The position numbers were made by a program, and so were the translations under genes. From an uncultured Pseudomonadota bacterium (GTDB lineage: Bacteria > Pseudomonadota > Gammaproteobacteria > Ga0077536), in NCBI GenBank assembly GCA_903825645.1, contig CAIKBL010000041.1, positions 8,375 through 72,374 on the forward strand: DNA of 64,000 nucleotides, in the 5' to 3' direction. How positions within the stretch are numbered: position 1 is the stretch's first letter; every line of letters starts with the position of its first letter. A model generated the notes under the pieces. The model did not search any database, was not told where the DNA came from, and saw nothing but the letters and a program-made list of their open reading frames with translations. Shown here piece after piece: positions 34,412 to 44,547 of this stretch.

Positions 34412-36178
34412 TTGAAGGACAATATAAGAAGCCTAGTCGAACACGCCATGCAGCAGCTGGCAGCATCGGGCGCGCTCGTTGTGCCGGCACCCTTGCCAAG
34501 CATTGCTATCGAGCCTCCGCGACAGCCCGCGCATGGGGATTTCAGTTGCAATATTGGGATGCTCCTGGCCAAACCATGCCGGCAATCGCCCTTGGTGATT
34601 GCGGAATTGATTACAAGCCAACTCCGAAGTGATCCTGCGACCGACGCCGCCGGAATTGCACACATTGAAGTCGCCGCCCCCGGCTTTATCAATTTCCGCC
34701 TTCGGCAGGAAGCACTCTTCCAGAGTGTGGAAACACTACTTCGCGACCCGCTCAGTTGCGGCCGAAAATCGCTACAACAAAAATCTGGGCGGGTCCAAAT
34801 TGAGTTTGTCTCCGCGAATCCGACCGGACCATTGCACGTCGGTCACGGCCGTGGGGCTGCCTACGGTGCCGCGCTCCGCAACGTGATGCGCACTGCCGGC
34901 TACAACGTCAGCACCGAGTATTACGTAAATGATGCCGGACGGCAGATGGATATTCTGGCGCTGAGCGTCTGGTTACGTAATCTTGAGCAGGCGGGGATTG
35001 AAATGCATTTCCCCGCTAATGGCTATCGGGGGGATTACGTGGCCCAAATCGCGATTGACCTCGCAGAAAAATTCGGGCGCCGCTTTGTCCCCAACGAGAT
35101 ACGGCCGCCCGAGATCGGGGATCTCGTTAGTGAAGAAGAGGCGCTGGATATACGTGTCGCACATTGTCGTGCCGTCCTGGGCGAAGAAAATTACCGTCTC
35201 CTGCACGGGTTCGGCTGCTCCGCCATTCTCGAAGGGATAAAACAAGATTTGCTCGCCTTCGGTGTCACGATTGATAACTGGTACTCCGAGCGGTCCCTCA
35301 TCGAAAATGGCCAACTCGAAAATACGATGGCGCAGCTGCGTGCGACTGGTCATGTTTTCCGAAAAGACGGGGCCGAGTGGTTTCGGTCGACAGCGTTCAA
35401 TGACGAAAAAGATCGGGTGCTTATCCGGGAGAACGGCGCGCCTACCTATTTTGCCTCCGACGTGGCGTATCATGTTGACAAGTTTGCAAGGGGGTTCGAC
35501 CACCTGATCAATATCTGGGGTGCGGACCACCATGGTTATATCGCGCGCGTCAAAGCGACGTTGCAAGCGTTGGAGCTTGACCCGAACCGGCTCGAAATCC
35601 TGCTGGTCCAGTTCGCGAGCCTATTCAGGGGTGGCGAAAAAGTCCAAATGTCGACTCGTTCGGGCGAATTCGTCACCCTCAGCGCACTTATCGACGAAGT
35701 CGGGGTCGACGCCGCGCGCTACTTCTACAGCAGTCGACGTTCAGATCAGCATCTCGATTTCGATCTCGATCTCGCCAAAGCTCAAAATCAGGATAATCCG
35801 GTCTACTATTTACAGTATGCCCATGCGCGCATTTGCAGCGTTTTCCGTCAGGTTGCCCAACAGTGGGGGCCCTGCGAACCGGCACACGGGATCGAGCACC
35901 TGGCACGTCTCGTTGAACCAAGAGAGCATCAGCTGGCGGCCTTACTCGCGCGCTACGCGGATGTGATCACCGGCGCGGCAGCGCAACGGGAACCCCATAC
36001 AATCGCTAATTTCCTACGTGAAGTTGCAACTGAATACCATGCTTTCTATAACAATCACAAGATAAATGTGGATGATGTGCCGCTGCGGCAGGCACGACTC
36101 GCGCTGTGTGAAGCAGTTCGATTGGTCCTCTCACATGGACTATCCCTATTGGGCGTATCAGCGCCCCGGGAAATGTAA
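34412..36178 (+). CDS. argS: Arginyl-tRNA synthetase
   Basis: EFVSANPTGPLHVGHGR, WGADHHGY, MSTRSG and YYLQYAHAR. TTG start after AGAGG. Confidence 0.97.
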   Translation: MKDNIRSLVEHAMQQLAASGALVVPAPLPSIAIEPPRQPAHGDFSCNIGMLLAKPCRQSPLVIAELITSQLRSDPATDAAGIAHIEVAAPGFINFRLRQEALFQSVETLLRDPLSCGRKSLQQKSGRVQIEFVSANPTGPLHVGHGRGAAYGAALRNVMRTAGYNVSTEYYVNDAGRQMDILALSVWLRNLEQAGIEMHFPANGYRGDYVAQIAIDLAEKFGRRFVPNEIRPPEIGDLVSEEEALDIRVAHCRAVLGEENYRLLHGFGCSAILEGIKQDLLAFGVTIDNWYSERSLIENGQLENTMAQLRATGHVFRKDGAEWFRSTAFNDEKDRVLIRENGAPTYFASDVAYHVDKFARGFDHLINIWGADHHGYIARVKATLQALELDPNRLEILLVQFASLFRGGEKVQMSTRSGEFVTLSALIDEVGVDAARYFYSSRRSDQHLDFDLDLAKAQNQDNPVYYLQYAHARICSVFRQVAQQWGPCEPAHGIEHLARLVEPREHQLAALLARYADVITGAAAQREPHTIANFLREVATEYHAFYNNHKINVDDVPLRQARLALCEAVRLVLSHGLSLLGVSAPREM

Positions 36179-36894
36179 TGGCGCGAGATTACAAAAAGAC
36201 CACCCAACGTCAAACCAAAGGACGGCGCCCGGGCAGCTGGCTGTCGTTTCTGACAGGACTTGCGATGGGACTGGCGGGCATGCTGGTCTATCTTTGGCTT
36301 CAGCATACCCATATCGCGCCCATGCCGGCACCCAGTCAGACCCAAGTCCACACCCCTGCAGCCGAACCCGCGGCGCCGCCCACGCCGCCTGTCGAGGAGC
36401 CGGTGGTCAGCGATCTCCCCGCGCAAGAGCAAGAACAACTTGCATTGCCCAAGTTTGATTTTTACAAAATTCTCCCCGGTGTCGAGGTGAAAGTTCCGGA
36501 CGCAGAGCTAGTCGCCCCGAAAGCCGATGAGCGACCCGCTCAGAAAATCGTCTCAGCCGCGAAGCCGCCACCGAACAACACCGTGCCAAGCCCGACGGCG
36601 ACAGGGGTGACGGCGGCCGCACCGGCTACTGCGGTGCCGGCCACGTACATTTTGCAAGTAGGCGCATTCCAGACTTTTGACGAGGCAGACCAATCCAAAG
36701 CCCAACTCGCGCTACAGGGTATACAGGCTAAAATCCAGCGCGTGCTGATGAATGGAAAGGAAGTCTGGCAAAGGGTACAGGTAGGTCCATTTCAGAACGT
36801 GAACGAGGCTCAGCAGATGCGCGCACGGCTGTCCCAGCTTGGAGTGCACACGGTACTAACGAAAGTAGGCGGCTCGCCCTCCCCCAAACCCTGA
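36178..36894 (+). CDS. SPOR-domain cell division protein (FtsN-like)
   Basis: MARDY, a TM helix, FDFYKILP, YILQVGAF and RVQVGPF. Typical neighbour of argS. Confidence 0.85.
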   Translation: MARDYKKTTQRQTKGRRPGSWLSFLTGLAMGLAGMLVYLWLQHTHIAPMPAPSQTQVHTPAAEPAAPPTPPVEEPVVSDLPAQEQEQLALPKFDFYKILPGVEVKVPDAELVAPKADERPAQKIVSAAKPPPNNTVPSPTATGVTAAAPATAVPATYILQVGAFQTFDEADQSKAQLALQGIQAKIQRVLMNGKEVWQRVQVGPFQNVNEAQQMRARLSQLGVHTVLTKVGGSPSPKP

Positions 36895-36974
36895 CGCGAT
36901 TAAGGGCGGTCGATCGTGTTTTCCGGTCAGCCACCGCTCACATCCGAGGCTTTCCAGGAACGAAACGCAAAAGT

Positions 36975-37048
36975 TGGAGCGGGTGATGGGAATCGAACCC
37001 ACGCTATCAGCTTGGGAAGCTGAAGTTCTGCCATTGAACTACACCCGC
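36975..37048 (-). tRNA. tRNA-Gly (anticodon CCC)
   Basis: Reverse complement GCGGGTGTAGTTCAATGGCAGAACTTCAGCTTCCCAAGCTGATAGCGTGGGTTCGATTCCCATCACCCGCTCCA: 74 nt with encoded CCA. Confidence 0.97.
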
Positions 37049-37060
37049 GGCAAGGGTGCC

Positions 37061-37088
37061 ATTCTAGACATTTGTCGGACGCCGTCAA
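37061..37088 (-). promoter_or_regulatory. Sigma70 promoter of tRNA-Gly
   Basis: TTGACG-N16-TAGAAT followed by a GC-rich discriminator, GGCACCC. Confidence 0.7.
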
Positions 37089-37233
37089 AGCCACCGTTCA
37101 TTTCGATGAAATCTAGCGGTGGAACTGGTTTGCCGACATCCGCCGTAATCGTTGCTCGCCACTAAGCGTCGGCTTGCCTTATAGTGATGCCAATGGGCGC
37201 TCCCCCAATGTACCCCCTTGTTCGAGATTTTTA

Positions 37234-37653
37234 ATGGCATCTTCCACCACCACGTCTGCGTTCCCCCTCGTGGTAGCCGTAGATGACAGCTCGGCCATGC
37301 GCGTTTTCTTCGAGCAGGCGGTTGCTGGTCTCGGCGTCGATTTGCGTACCTTTCCATCGGCCGCGGCCGCAGCGGCGTGTCTAGATACGCACCAACCTGC
37401 GTTGCTTTTTCTGGATATCATCATGCCCGCAAAAGACGGGTTAACTTATTTGCAGGAACTGCGCCTGACTTCGTTGCACGAAAAGACACAGACAATCGTC
37501 GTGAGTTCCAAGGACTATGCCCAAGATCGGGCCTCGGCAAAGGATCTTGGCGTCCTAGAGTTCGTCGCCAAACCAATCACGAGCCGTCAGCTGGCTGAGT
37601 TAATTAGTCGATATACTGGAGCACGCGCCATAGATGAAAGCACACGCGCATGA
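37234..37653 (+). CDS. Single-domain response regulator (REC)
   Basis: VAVDDS, FLDIIMP (phospho-acceptor Asp), VSSKD and AKP. Confidence 0.88.
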   Translation: MASSTTTSAFPLVVAVDDSSAMRVFFEQAVAGLGVDLRTFPSAAAAAACLDTHQPALLFLDIIMPAKDGLTYLQELRLTSLHEKTQTIVVSSKDYAQDRASAKDLGVLEFVAKPITSRQLAELISRYTGARAIDESTRA

Positions 37654-38558
37654 GTGAAAACTATCTGCGCTTTTGGGGGGTTCGGGGTTCCTATGCCTCA
37701 CCGCAGACAGATAAACTCGGCGTTGGGGGTAATACCTCGTGCGTCGAGATTCGGGCTGGGAATCACCTGCTTATTTGCGATGGCGGAACAGGCATCATCC
37801 CGCTCGGAGACCTCTTGATATCGGAGTCGCCGACGCCGGAAACACTAATAGTCTTCACGCATTACCACTGGGATCACATTTGCGGATTGCCTTTTTTTCA
37901 GCCCGCTTTTTCCGCCGAATGGAAAATTCGATTTTTCGGTCCTGGGCAAAATGTGGGCGATATTGAGCAACGACTTTCAAATCAAATGAAATCGCCCTAT
38001 TTCCCCATCGAAATAGGAAGCTGGGCTGCAGATATTGAATATGTAAAACCGATCGAGGGGAAAATTCCGCATGGTCCCTTCGATGTGAGCTATCACAACG
38101 TGCATCATCCCGGCACAACCTATGGCTATCGGGTGGAGATTGCTGGCAAAGTCATTATCTACATGCCCGATAACGAAATTGATTTTCTGCGCTCCTCAAT
38201 TGCACAGCGAACGGACGAATTTACCGAAGAAGAACACCAAATGATTGCCCGCATTCAGCGCGAAGAACGTGACGTCGAGCTGAGCGGGGTTAGACGGGCA
38301 GATATCCTCATCCACGATGCACAATATACCCCTGAGGACTACTCGAAAAAGCGCGGATGGGGGCATTCCTGTTATGTCGATGTGGTAAATTTTGCTATCG
38401 ATGCGGAGATTAAAGTGCTCTATTTGTATCATCATGATCCTGGTCACAACGATGTCCAGATAGCGACCATCCATCAAGAATGCCTGGCTCTGGTGGCCGA
38501 ACGTGGTTCCAGCTTACAGATTCACGTTGCCCGTGAGGGCGCCAAAATTCCTTTGTAG
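37650..38558 (+). CDS. MBL-fold metallohydrolase (RNase Z/phosphodiesterase-like)
   Basis: RFWGVRGS, GGNTSCVE, THYHWDH, HPG, HDAQY, WGHS and HHDP. Confidence 0.88.
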   Translation: MSENYLRFWGVRGSYASPQTDKLGVGGNTSCVEIRAGNHLLICDGGTGIIPLGDLLISESPTPETLIVFTHYHWDHICGLPFFQPAFSAEWKIRFFGPGQNVGDIEQRLSNQMKSPYFPIEIGSWAADIEYVKPIEGKIPHGPFDVSYHNVHHPGTTYGYRVEIAGKVIIYMPDNEIDFLRSSIAQRTDEFTEEEHQMIARIQREERDVELSGVRRADILIHDAQYTPEDYSKKRGWGHSCYVDVVNFAIDAEIKVLYLYHHDPGHNDVQIATIHQECLALVAERGSSLQIHVAREGAKIPL

Positions 38559-38575
38559 CCAAGGGTGATATCCGG

Positions 38576-38773
38576 ATGCAATTAGTCATCAACGGCGCAC
38601 CCCGTCAAGTTAGCGAAAACCTGTCGATCACTGAACTTCTCGTGACACTCGCCATCCAGGGTCGCCTAGCGGTCGAAGTGAATGGGGAGATTGTGCCTAG
38701 AAGCGGTTTTAGCGCGTATTATTTGACGGCTAACGATACGGTTGAGATCGTCAAGGCCATTGGCGGCGGTTGA
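38576..38773 (+). CDS. thiS: Sulfur carrier protein ThiS
   Basis: AVEVNGEIVPRS and C-terminal IGGG. Confidence 0.93.
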   Translation: MQLVINGAPRQVSENLSITELLVTLAIQGRLAVEVNGEIVPRSGFSAYYLTANDTVEIVKAIGGG

Positions 38774-38817
38774 CACCCAAGACCAACGACACGTCCGCCA
38801 TGCCCGGATAATTACTT

Positions 38818-39627
38818 ATGAACGAACAAACTCAAATGTCTGCGGAGACCGATGATCTCGTGATCGCTGGGGTGAACTATAAGTCGCGACTACTCGTCGG
38901 TACCGGCAAATATCGCGATTTTGCGCAGACGCAGATGGCGATTGAGGTGAGCGGGGCAGAAATCGTCACAGTCGCCATCCGCCGTACAAACCTCGGCCAG
39001 AACGCTGGGGAGCCGAACCTACTTGACTATATAACGCCGGATCGCTTCACGATTCTGCCCAACACGGCAGGTTGCTACGATGCCGACACAGCTGTTCGGA
39101 CCTGCCGGCTCGCACGTGAAATTCTCGATGGGCACCGGCTAGTCAAACTTGAAGTTTTGGGCGATCAGAAAACGCTGTATCCAGATATTGTCGAGACGCT
39201 ACGCGCTGCAGAAATACTGTGTCGGGAGGGTTTTGAAGTTATGGTGTATACCACCGACGATCCCATCATCGCTCGACGCCTGGAAGCCATCGGCTGTGTC
39301 GCCATTATGCCGCTGGCGGCACCTATTGGTTCGGGACTCGGACTACAGAATCGTTTTACCATTCGAGAAATCGTCGAGACCGTTCGCGTACCGGTCATCG
39401 TTGACGCTGGCGTCGGCACAGCGTCCGACGCCAGTATCGCCATGGAGCTCGGTTGCGACGCGGTGCTCATGAATACCGCCATTGCGGAGGCTCGCGACCC
39501 GGTGAAGATGGCAAGCGCTATGCGACATGCGATCGTCGCAGGTCGCCTCGCCTATCAGGCTGGTCGTATGCCTCGTCGCACTCACGCCGCGGCATCTTCT
39601 CCCCTCGACGGCACTTTCTTCACCTAA
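38818..39627 (+). CDS. thiG: Thiazole synthase
   Basis: [36 protein letters not shown] and SSP. Confidence 0.97.
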   Translation: MNEQTQMSAETDDLVIAGVNYKSRLLVGTGKYRDFAQTQMAIEVSGAEIVTVAIRRTNLGQNAGEPNLLDYITPDRFTILPNTAGCYDADTAVRTCRLAREILDGHRLVKLEVLGDQKTLYPDIVETLRAAEILCREGFEVMVYTTDDPIIARRLEAIGCVAIMPLAAPIGSGLGLQNRFTIREIVETVRVPVIVDAGVGTASDASIAMELGCDAVLMNTAIAEARDPVKMASAMRHAIVAGRLAYQAGRMPRRTHAAASSPLDGTFFT

Positions 39628-39631
39628 AGCG

Positions 39632-40345
39632 GTGTCCTCAGACCATCCCCCACAGGCCTACCGCGGCATTCAGAGTTTTGTTCGCCGAGAGGGCCGCATG
39701 ACCGCTGCGCAGCAGCGCGCAATCGAGAGTCTGCTGCCGAGATTCGAAATCGAGGACTCTATACTTCCGATCGACCTCTCCACTACATTTCCGGACAAAG
39801 CGCCGTTCTATCTCGAAATCGGCGTGGGAAATGGGATCTGCGTCCTTAATTGTGCCGAAGGCAACCCTGACAACAATTATCTAGGGGTCGAGGTGCATCG
39901 ACCCGGCGTCGGCTATCTCCTGAACCAAGCGCAGACTGCCGGAGTATCCAACCTGCGTGTGTGTATACAAGACGTTCAGCAGGTCCTCGCACGTTTACCC
40001 GCAGAATGTCTCACGGTGGTCTACATCTTTTTCCCGGATCCCTGGCCTAAAAAACGGCACCATAAAAGGCGCTTGGTGCGTGCGGCGCTACTTTCCGCCT
40101 TACAGCGGACTTTGCACCGACATGGTCGCGTCTATATCGCAACCGACAGTAGTGATTACGCCACGGACATTCAGGCCGAATTGGTCGGCCAACCTTGTTG
40201 GCTCAACCTCGCAGGTCCCGACACCTTTGCGTCTCGCCCCAAGGCGCGAATCAGAACGCGCTTTGAAGCCCGTGCCATCCAGGATGGACGCACGGTTTAC
40301 GAGTTCGTGCTGGCAAAAGCCATGACCGGCGTACCCCGCGACTAG
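39632..40345 (+). CDS. trmB: tRNA (guanine-N7)-methyltransferase
   Basis: SFVRREGRMT, LEIGVGNG, FFPDPWPKKRHHKRR and ATD. GTG start inferred. Confidence 0.93.
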   Translation: MSSDHPPQAYRGIQSFVRREGRMTAAQQRAIESLLPRFEIEDSILPIDLSTTFPDKAPFYLEIGVGNGICVLNCAEGNPDNNYLGVEVHRPGVGYLLNQAQTAGVSNLRVCIQDVQQVLARLPAECLTVVYIFFPDPWPKKRHHKRRLVRAALLSALQRTLHRHGRVYIATDSSDYATDIQAELVGQPCWLNLAGPDTFASRPKARIRTRFEARAIQDGRTVYEFVLAKAMTGVPRD

Positions 40346-41010
40346 TTAACCCCTGCAGATAACCACGGGATGAGTTCGGCGAGACTCTCGACACTCGCGA
40401 ATTCGGGAAAGCTTTTCGGCAGGCCCGTGCTGCTCGGCGTGCGAACCCCAAACACATGTCGTACCCCGAAGCGGTGTGCCGTAGCGAGCACCGCCGGGTT
40501 ATCGTCCACCAAGATCGCGAGACCCGGATCGACACGCTCAGTGGCGACCAGTTGTGTCCAGAAGAGAGGATCTTCTTTCGCCGCCCCTAGACTATGTGCA
40601 CTGATCACCGCACTAAAATAATGGCGCAAACCTGTACGGACCATTTTACGTTCCAAGCTGACGGGGTGGGCGTTCGTGGCAAGAATAGTGCGATAAGCGT
40701 TCGCCTGTGTAAATTTCAGAAAATCCAATGTGCCCGCGCGCAAGTCGATAAAATGGGCGAGTTCGATTTCCAACTCATGCACGGAAATACCGAATTCACG
40801 CTCCCAATGATCATGACAATACCAGGGAAGGGTTCCACGGACGCTACCTAACGTCTCTGCCACTCGCAGGCGTGCCGCTTCGACTGAGTCCCCATCCCGT
40901 GCCGCCAGCGCCGCCGGTAGCGCGTAATTCCAGACCTGATCATCGAAATTAAGATCGAGTAGCGTACCGTCCATATCAAGGATCACCGTGTAGGCTATCG
41001 AGGCACTCAT
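40342..41010 (-). CDS. yrfG: HAD-family GMP/IMP nucleotidase (YrfG-like)
   Basis: LDMDGTLLDLNFD, GTLPWYC, TNAHP and AKEDPLFW. Confidence 0.85.
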   Translation of the reverse strand: MSASIAYTVILDMDGTLLDLNFDDQVWNYALPAALAARDGDSVEAARLRVAETLGSVRGTLPWYCHDHWEREFGISVHELEIELAHFIDLRAGTLDFLKFTQANAYRTILATNAHPVSLERKMVRTGLRHYFSAVISAHSLGAAKEDPLFWTQLVATERVDPGLAILVDDNPAVLATAHRFGVRHVFGVRTPSSTGLPKSFPEFASVESLAELIPWLSAGVN

Positions 41011-41049
41011 GTCAGGCCCCCGGCTTCAGGCATGGGATCACCTCGTTAT

Positions 41050-42132
41050 TCACGGGGAGCGCGGTCGAACCATGAGCATTGCCTGTGGGTATTTTTCCCG
41101 CAGGGCAGTGGCACGCGCTTCGGCCCGTGTGATTTCGACAGCGGACATTTTGGTATGGACCTTGGCGAGATTCTGATTCGCGACTAACTCGCCATTTATG
41201 GCAGATAAAGAAAACCAGGCGGCCGCCTCGACCAGATCACGTGGGACCCCTAAGCCTCGCGTATACACATTACCCAAGTTCAATTGTGCGAGAGAGGAGC
41301 CTTGCCGACTGGCCTGCTGCAGCCAGAAGCGACCTTCCTCGTAATCATTCGGTACCCCCCGACCGGCGATATACATCAGTCCCAGCTGACATTGCGCCGT
41401 GGGATTTCCAGCTTCGGCCAGCGGTTTGAACAGCGTCAACGCTTTAACGGCTGCCTCCGCCTCGTCGCCATGCTCCAGATAGACCTGCCCCATTAACAGC
41501 GCTGCGTCGTCTGAACCCTGTCTGATTTGTGTCAAAGCAGTCATCGCACGGGTTTCATCGCGTGGACCACCTTTGCCGGCTAATTGCATGGCTGCCAGAT
41601 TATAAATAGCTGACACAAGTCCCTGATCTGCAGCTCGCCCAAACCATTGCCGTGCCCGCTGATAATCCTGCGTCACCCCATTCCCACGGTAATAGAAAAG
41701 CGCCGTAAAAAATTGTGCTTCACGTTCTCCATCGGCCGCCGCCGCTTCCATCCAGCGCGCGGCGACAACCGGATCTTCCACAACCCCATACCCACGTAGA
41801 TAAATCATACCGAGGTTTTGTTTAGCGACCGGAAAACCCTGTTTCGCCGCTTGCTCGAACCATTTTCTGGCCAAATCAAAATTCCGTGCGGTACCTTTTC
41901 CCTTTAGGTAGAGAGCGCCCAAATTATTTTCAGCAACCGGATCGCCATTCACCGCCCGTTCCGCAAAAAGGCGAAATGCCGCCTCATTACTCCCCGGCAA
42001 GGGCGCCGGCCCGGAGGATTCAGCGGCCGTAACCATCCTCGAAAAAAAACACCCGCCAAACACCAGGAATACGACTGCTCGAAGGCAAATTGGGTTACCA
42101 CATCCACTGAGAAGAAGTCTTATGCCGCGCAT
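41050..42132 (-). CDS. Sel1-like repeat protein, probably exported
   Basis: Repeated A...LG.MY..G.GV..D...A..W...AA.QG units and a hydrophobic N-terminus. Start uncertain. Confidence 0.88.
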   Translation of the reverse strand: MRGIRLLLSGCGNPICLRAVVFLVFGGCFFSRMVTAAESSGPAPLPGSNEAAFRLFAERAVNGDPVAENNLGALYLKGKGTARNFDLARKWFEQAAKQGFPVAKQNLGMIYLRGYGVVEDPVVAARWMEAAAADGEREAQFFTALFYYRGNGVTQDYQRARQWFGRAADQGLVSAIYNLAAMQLAGKGGPRDETRAMTALTQIRQGSDDAALLMGQVYLEHGDEAEAAVKALTLFKPLAEAGNPTAQCQLGLMYIAGRGVPNDYEEGRFWLQQASRQGSSLAQLNLGNVYTRGLGVPRDLVEAAAWFSLSAINGELVANQNLAKVHTKMSAVEITRAEARATALREKYPQAMLMVRPRSP

Positions 42133-42282
42133 CAGAATCTATTGTCCGGCGGCTCCCTGTCGACCCAGAATCGACAAGTGCCTTTGCGATGAACATTACG
42201 AAAAGACAAGATCATCATCGGGTACGCTAACTTTTGACACGATAGTCTCGAGAAACGGCGCGCCACCGACAGGCGTTCCGAT

Positions 42283-43911
42283 TTAAGACGACAACCCCTT
42301 TGGCGCAATCCACAGCTTTTGCCAGTCGCTCAGTAAAGCGGCAGGCATGGGTCGGCCGATAAAGTAACCTTGGGCGAGCTCGCAACCTGCGGCCGCTAAC
42401 CAGCGCCAGGTCCATTCTGTTTCGACGCCCTCCGCCAAGACCTTCAGGCCAAGTTGATGGCTGAGCTGTATGGAATGTTCTACGATCGCCCGGGCCGTTG
42501 TATCGATTTCAGCGTTGCGCACAAAGCTCATATCGATTTTGAGCTCGCCAAAGGGTAGCTCGCGTAATTGCGCGAGCGAGGAATGACCGGTCCCGAAATC
42601 ATCGATGGAAAGCGCAATCCCTTTCAGTCGCAGGCGGGTCAAGATATCAAGCGCCGCCACCGGATCCGGCGCGACGGAAGTCTCCGTGACTTCAAACTGC
42701 TTCCTGTTATTGGGGCAGGTGGATTGGGCAAGCGCCGACATGATCTGTTCCGGGAGGTTACGATCAATCATCGCCACCGGGGGGAGGTTGATGGACAGTG
42801 TGCCCGTGAACCCTATACTTCGATTAAGCATCTCGCATTCCGCGGTGGCGCGCTTGATAACCCATAAGGTCATCGGCAACCCCAATCCGGAACGTTCGGC
42901 TAATTCGACAAAGCTCCCAGGAAACAAGAGACCATGCTGCGGATGTTGCCAACGTATGAGTGCCTCGATCCCCACCCAGGCGCCATCGGCCAAAGCCACC
43001 TGTGGCTGATAATACAGAAGGAACTCATCCCCCTCGAGCGCTCGCCGTAACTCCTCAACGAAAATTGGGGGATTCGATTTCGCCGGATTAGCTGCAGGAC
43101 GCCCAGCCGCACGAAACAGCGCCAGAAGATCTGCGGCCCTGAGCGGTTTGCGGAGGGTACCGACGATATTCAACCCCTGATCGACTCCTAACTTACTCGC
43201 GGCATTCAGCACCGCCCGATCCTCCCCACTCACCAACACGACACGCGCGTCGATGCGGCGCTCCGCGAAGACCCGCAACATTTCGATACCGTCCATGCCC
43301 GGGATATTGAGGTCAAGCAAGATGAGCGAAGGATTGAATGCTAATCCCTCAGACAGTTCCGTTGCGTCTGTCAGACTGCGGGTATGGTAGCCCGCACTTT
43401 CCGCAACGTCCGACATGAACTCGCAGGCGATCAACTCGTCGTCCAGAATCAACGCCCGTGGACGCAAGTCTTCCCCGCCAGCTGCTCCCTGCTGCCGACT
43501 CAGCGCGTCCTTGACGGCACCAAGAAAGGCTTCCCTACGGAAAGGTTTCTCGAGGAACGGCACCTGCTGACTTGAAATAGGATCCAAGTGGTTGCCTGCA
43601 AAACCGGAGATGAACAAAAGCGCAATCCTCGGCTGAGCCACTCGCGCCTTGCGTGCGAGTTCGGGTCCTTGAATCCCGGGCATCATCACATCGGACACCA
43701 GAAGGGAGAAGGCTTGTTCGTTCAGTGCCCGTAAAGCACTAAGCGAATCCTCGCAAGCGACGACCACATATCCCGAGCCGATTAGCCACTCTTGCAATAC
43801 TTCAACGAGGAATGGCTCATCGTCGACGATTAGCACGCGCGGTGCTGCCTGTGCGGGCCCTGCGTACTCACCGGCAATGGAAGGCTGCGTTTTAGTTTTC
43901 GAACCGCTCAC
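42283..43911 (-). CDS. REC-REC-EAL c-di-GMP phosphodiesterase
   Basis: Two receiver domains (IVDDE...SDVMMP; ILDDE...LDLNIP). EAL domain with IEALIRW, SINL, EVTET, DDFGTG, LKID, EGVE and QGY. Confidence 0.92.
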   Translation of the reverse strand: MSGSKTKTQPSIAGEYAGPAQAAPRVLIVDDEPFLVEVLQEWLIGSGYVVVACEDSLSALRALNEQAFSLLVSDVMMPGIQGPELARKARVAQPRIALLFISGFAGNHLDPISSQQVPFLEKPFRREAFLGAVKDALSRQQGAAGGEDLRPRALILDDELIACEFMSDVAESAGYHTRSLTDATELSEGLAFNPSLILLDLNIPGMDGIEMLRVFAERRIDARVVLVSGEDRAVLNAASKLGVDQGLNIVGTLRKPLRAADLLALFRAAGRPAANPAKSNPPIFVEELRRALEGDEFLLYYQPQVALADGAWVGIEALIRWQHPQHGLLFPGSFVELAERSGLGLPMTLWVIKRATAECEMLNRSIGFTGTLSINLPPVAMIDRNLPEQIMSALAQSTCPNNRKQFEVTETSVAPDPVAALDILTRLRLKGIALSIDDFGTGHSSLAQLRELPFGELKIDMSFVRNAEIDTTARAIVEHSIQLSHQLGLKVLAEGVETEWTWRWLAAAGCELAQGYFIGRPMPAALLSDWQKLWIAPKGLSS

Positions 43912-44547
43912 GGGGATATATCACTCCGAAGTGCCTGGGGCTAACACAGCACCAAAATGATGCCGTCCGTATGGCCGACCTAGAGGCTTGTGGCTGTTGT
44001 TCGATCCCGATAGCGGGCGCGGCATCCCACGTATCGGGGCAAACGGCGCGAAGCCTGTACCGGTCCCGAAAATGAGGAGTGTGCCATAACGCATGAATCA
44101 AGAGAATGGACGGGCAAATCTTCCGTCCCGCCAAGGACTTGGTCCATTGAGTAAAGGTCTGGGTCGTACCCAAAGCGCGTCGTTAACTGACGCGATACGC
44201 ACACAAATGAAACTTAGCGGCAAAGCACGCCAACATCCGTACGTATGAGGAACCCGCCGGTTTGGTGGGGCACGGGAGATAGTCTGCCGGGTTAGGGCAG
44301 CCGTCTTGCGTATACTGACAGAACGTGGTTTTCTCCAGATGGGAGAGTTGGCGGTTAAAACAGATCGAACAGCCTTGTCCCCTTGCGAGAAGAAACCTCA
44401 CTGAAGTGCCCGGAATGGCGATCGCGTGGCCTGCCTGCCGCCGAACGAGTCAATATACCGGGCAAGTAATGTTCTTGAGAGCGTCTCGTAGGACAAGCGC
44501 TTCAGGCCAACGACCTTAGGTAGTTATTACAAAGCAGGGGACCCACG

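Noticed and set aside
35750-35775. GATCTC/GATTTC short tandem repeat
   Set aside because: It simply encodes the conserved LDFDLDLA motif of ArgRS.
36974-37165. 63-aa ORF MERVMGIEPTLSAWEAEVLPLNYTR
   Set aside because: It is the antisense translation of tRNA-Gly.
38559-38817. TPP riboswitch near thiS/thiG
   Set aside because: No CTGAGA...CCTGA core is visible and the spacers are too short.
43961-44024. GTTCGATCCC T-loop-like sequence as a tRNA remnant or att site
   Set aside because: No cloverleaf, anticodon arm or CCA, and it does not match either tRNA 3' end in the window.
44035-44235. GGCAAA motifs as a c-di-GMP-I riboswitch beside the EAL gene
   Set aside because: The GNRA-capped P2 and the correctly spaced GACGCAAAGC are missing, and the motifs are on the strand facing away from the EAL gene.
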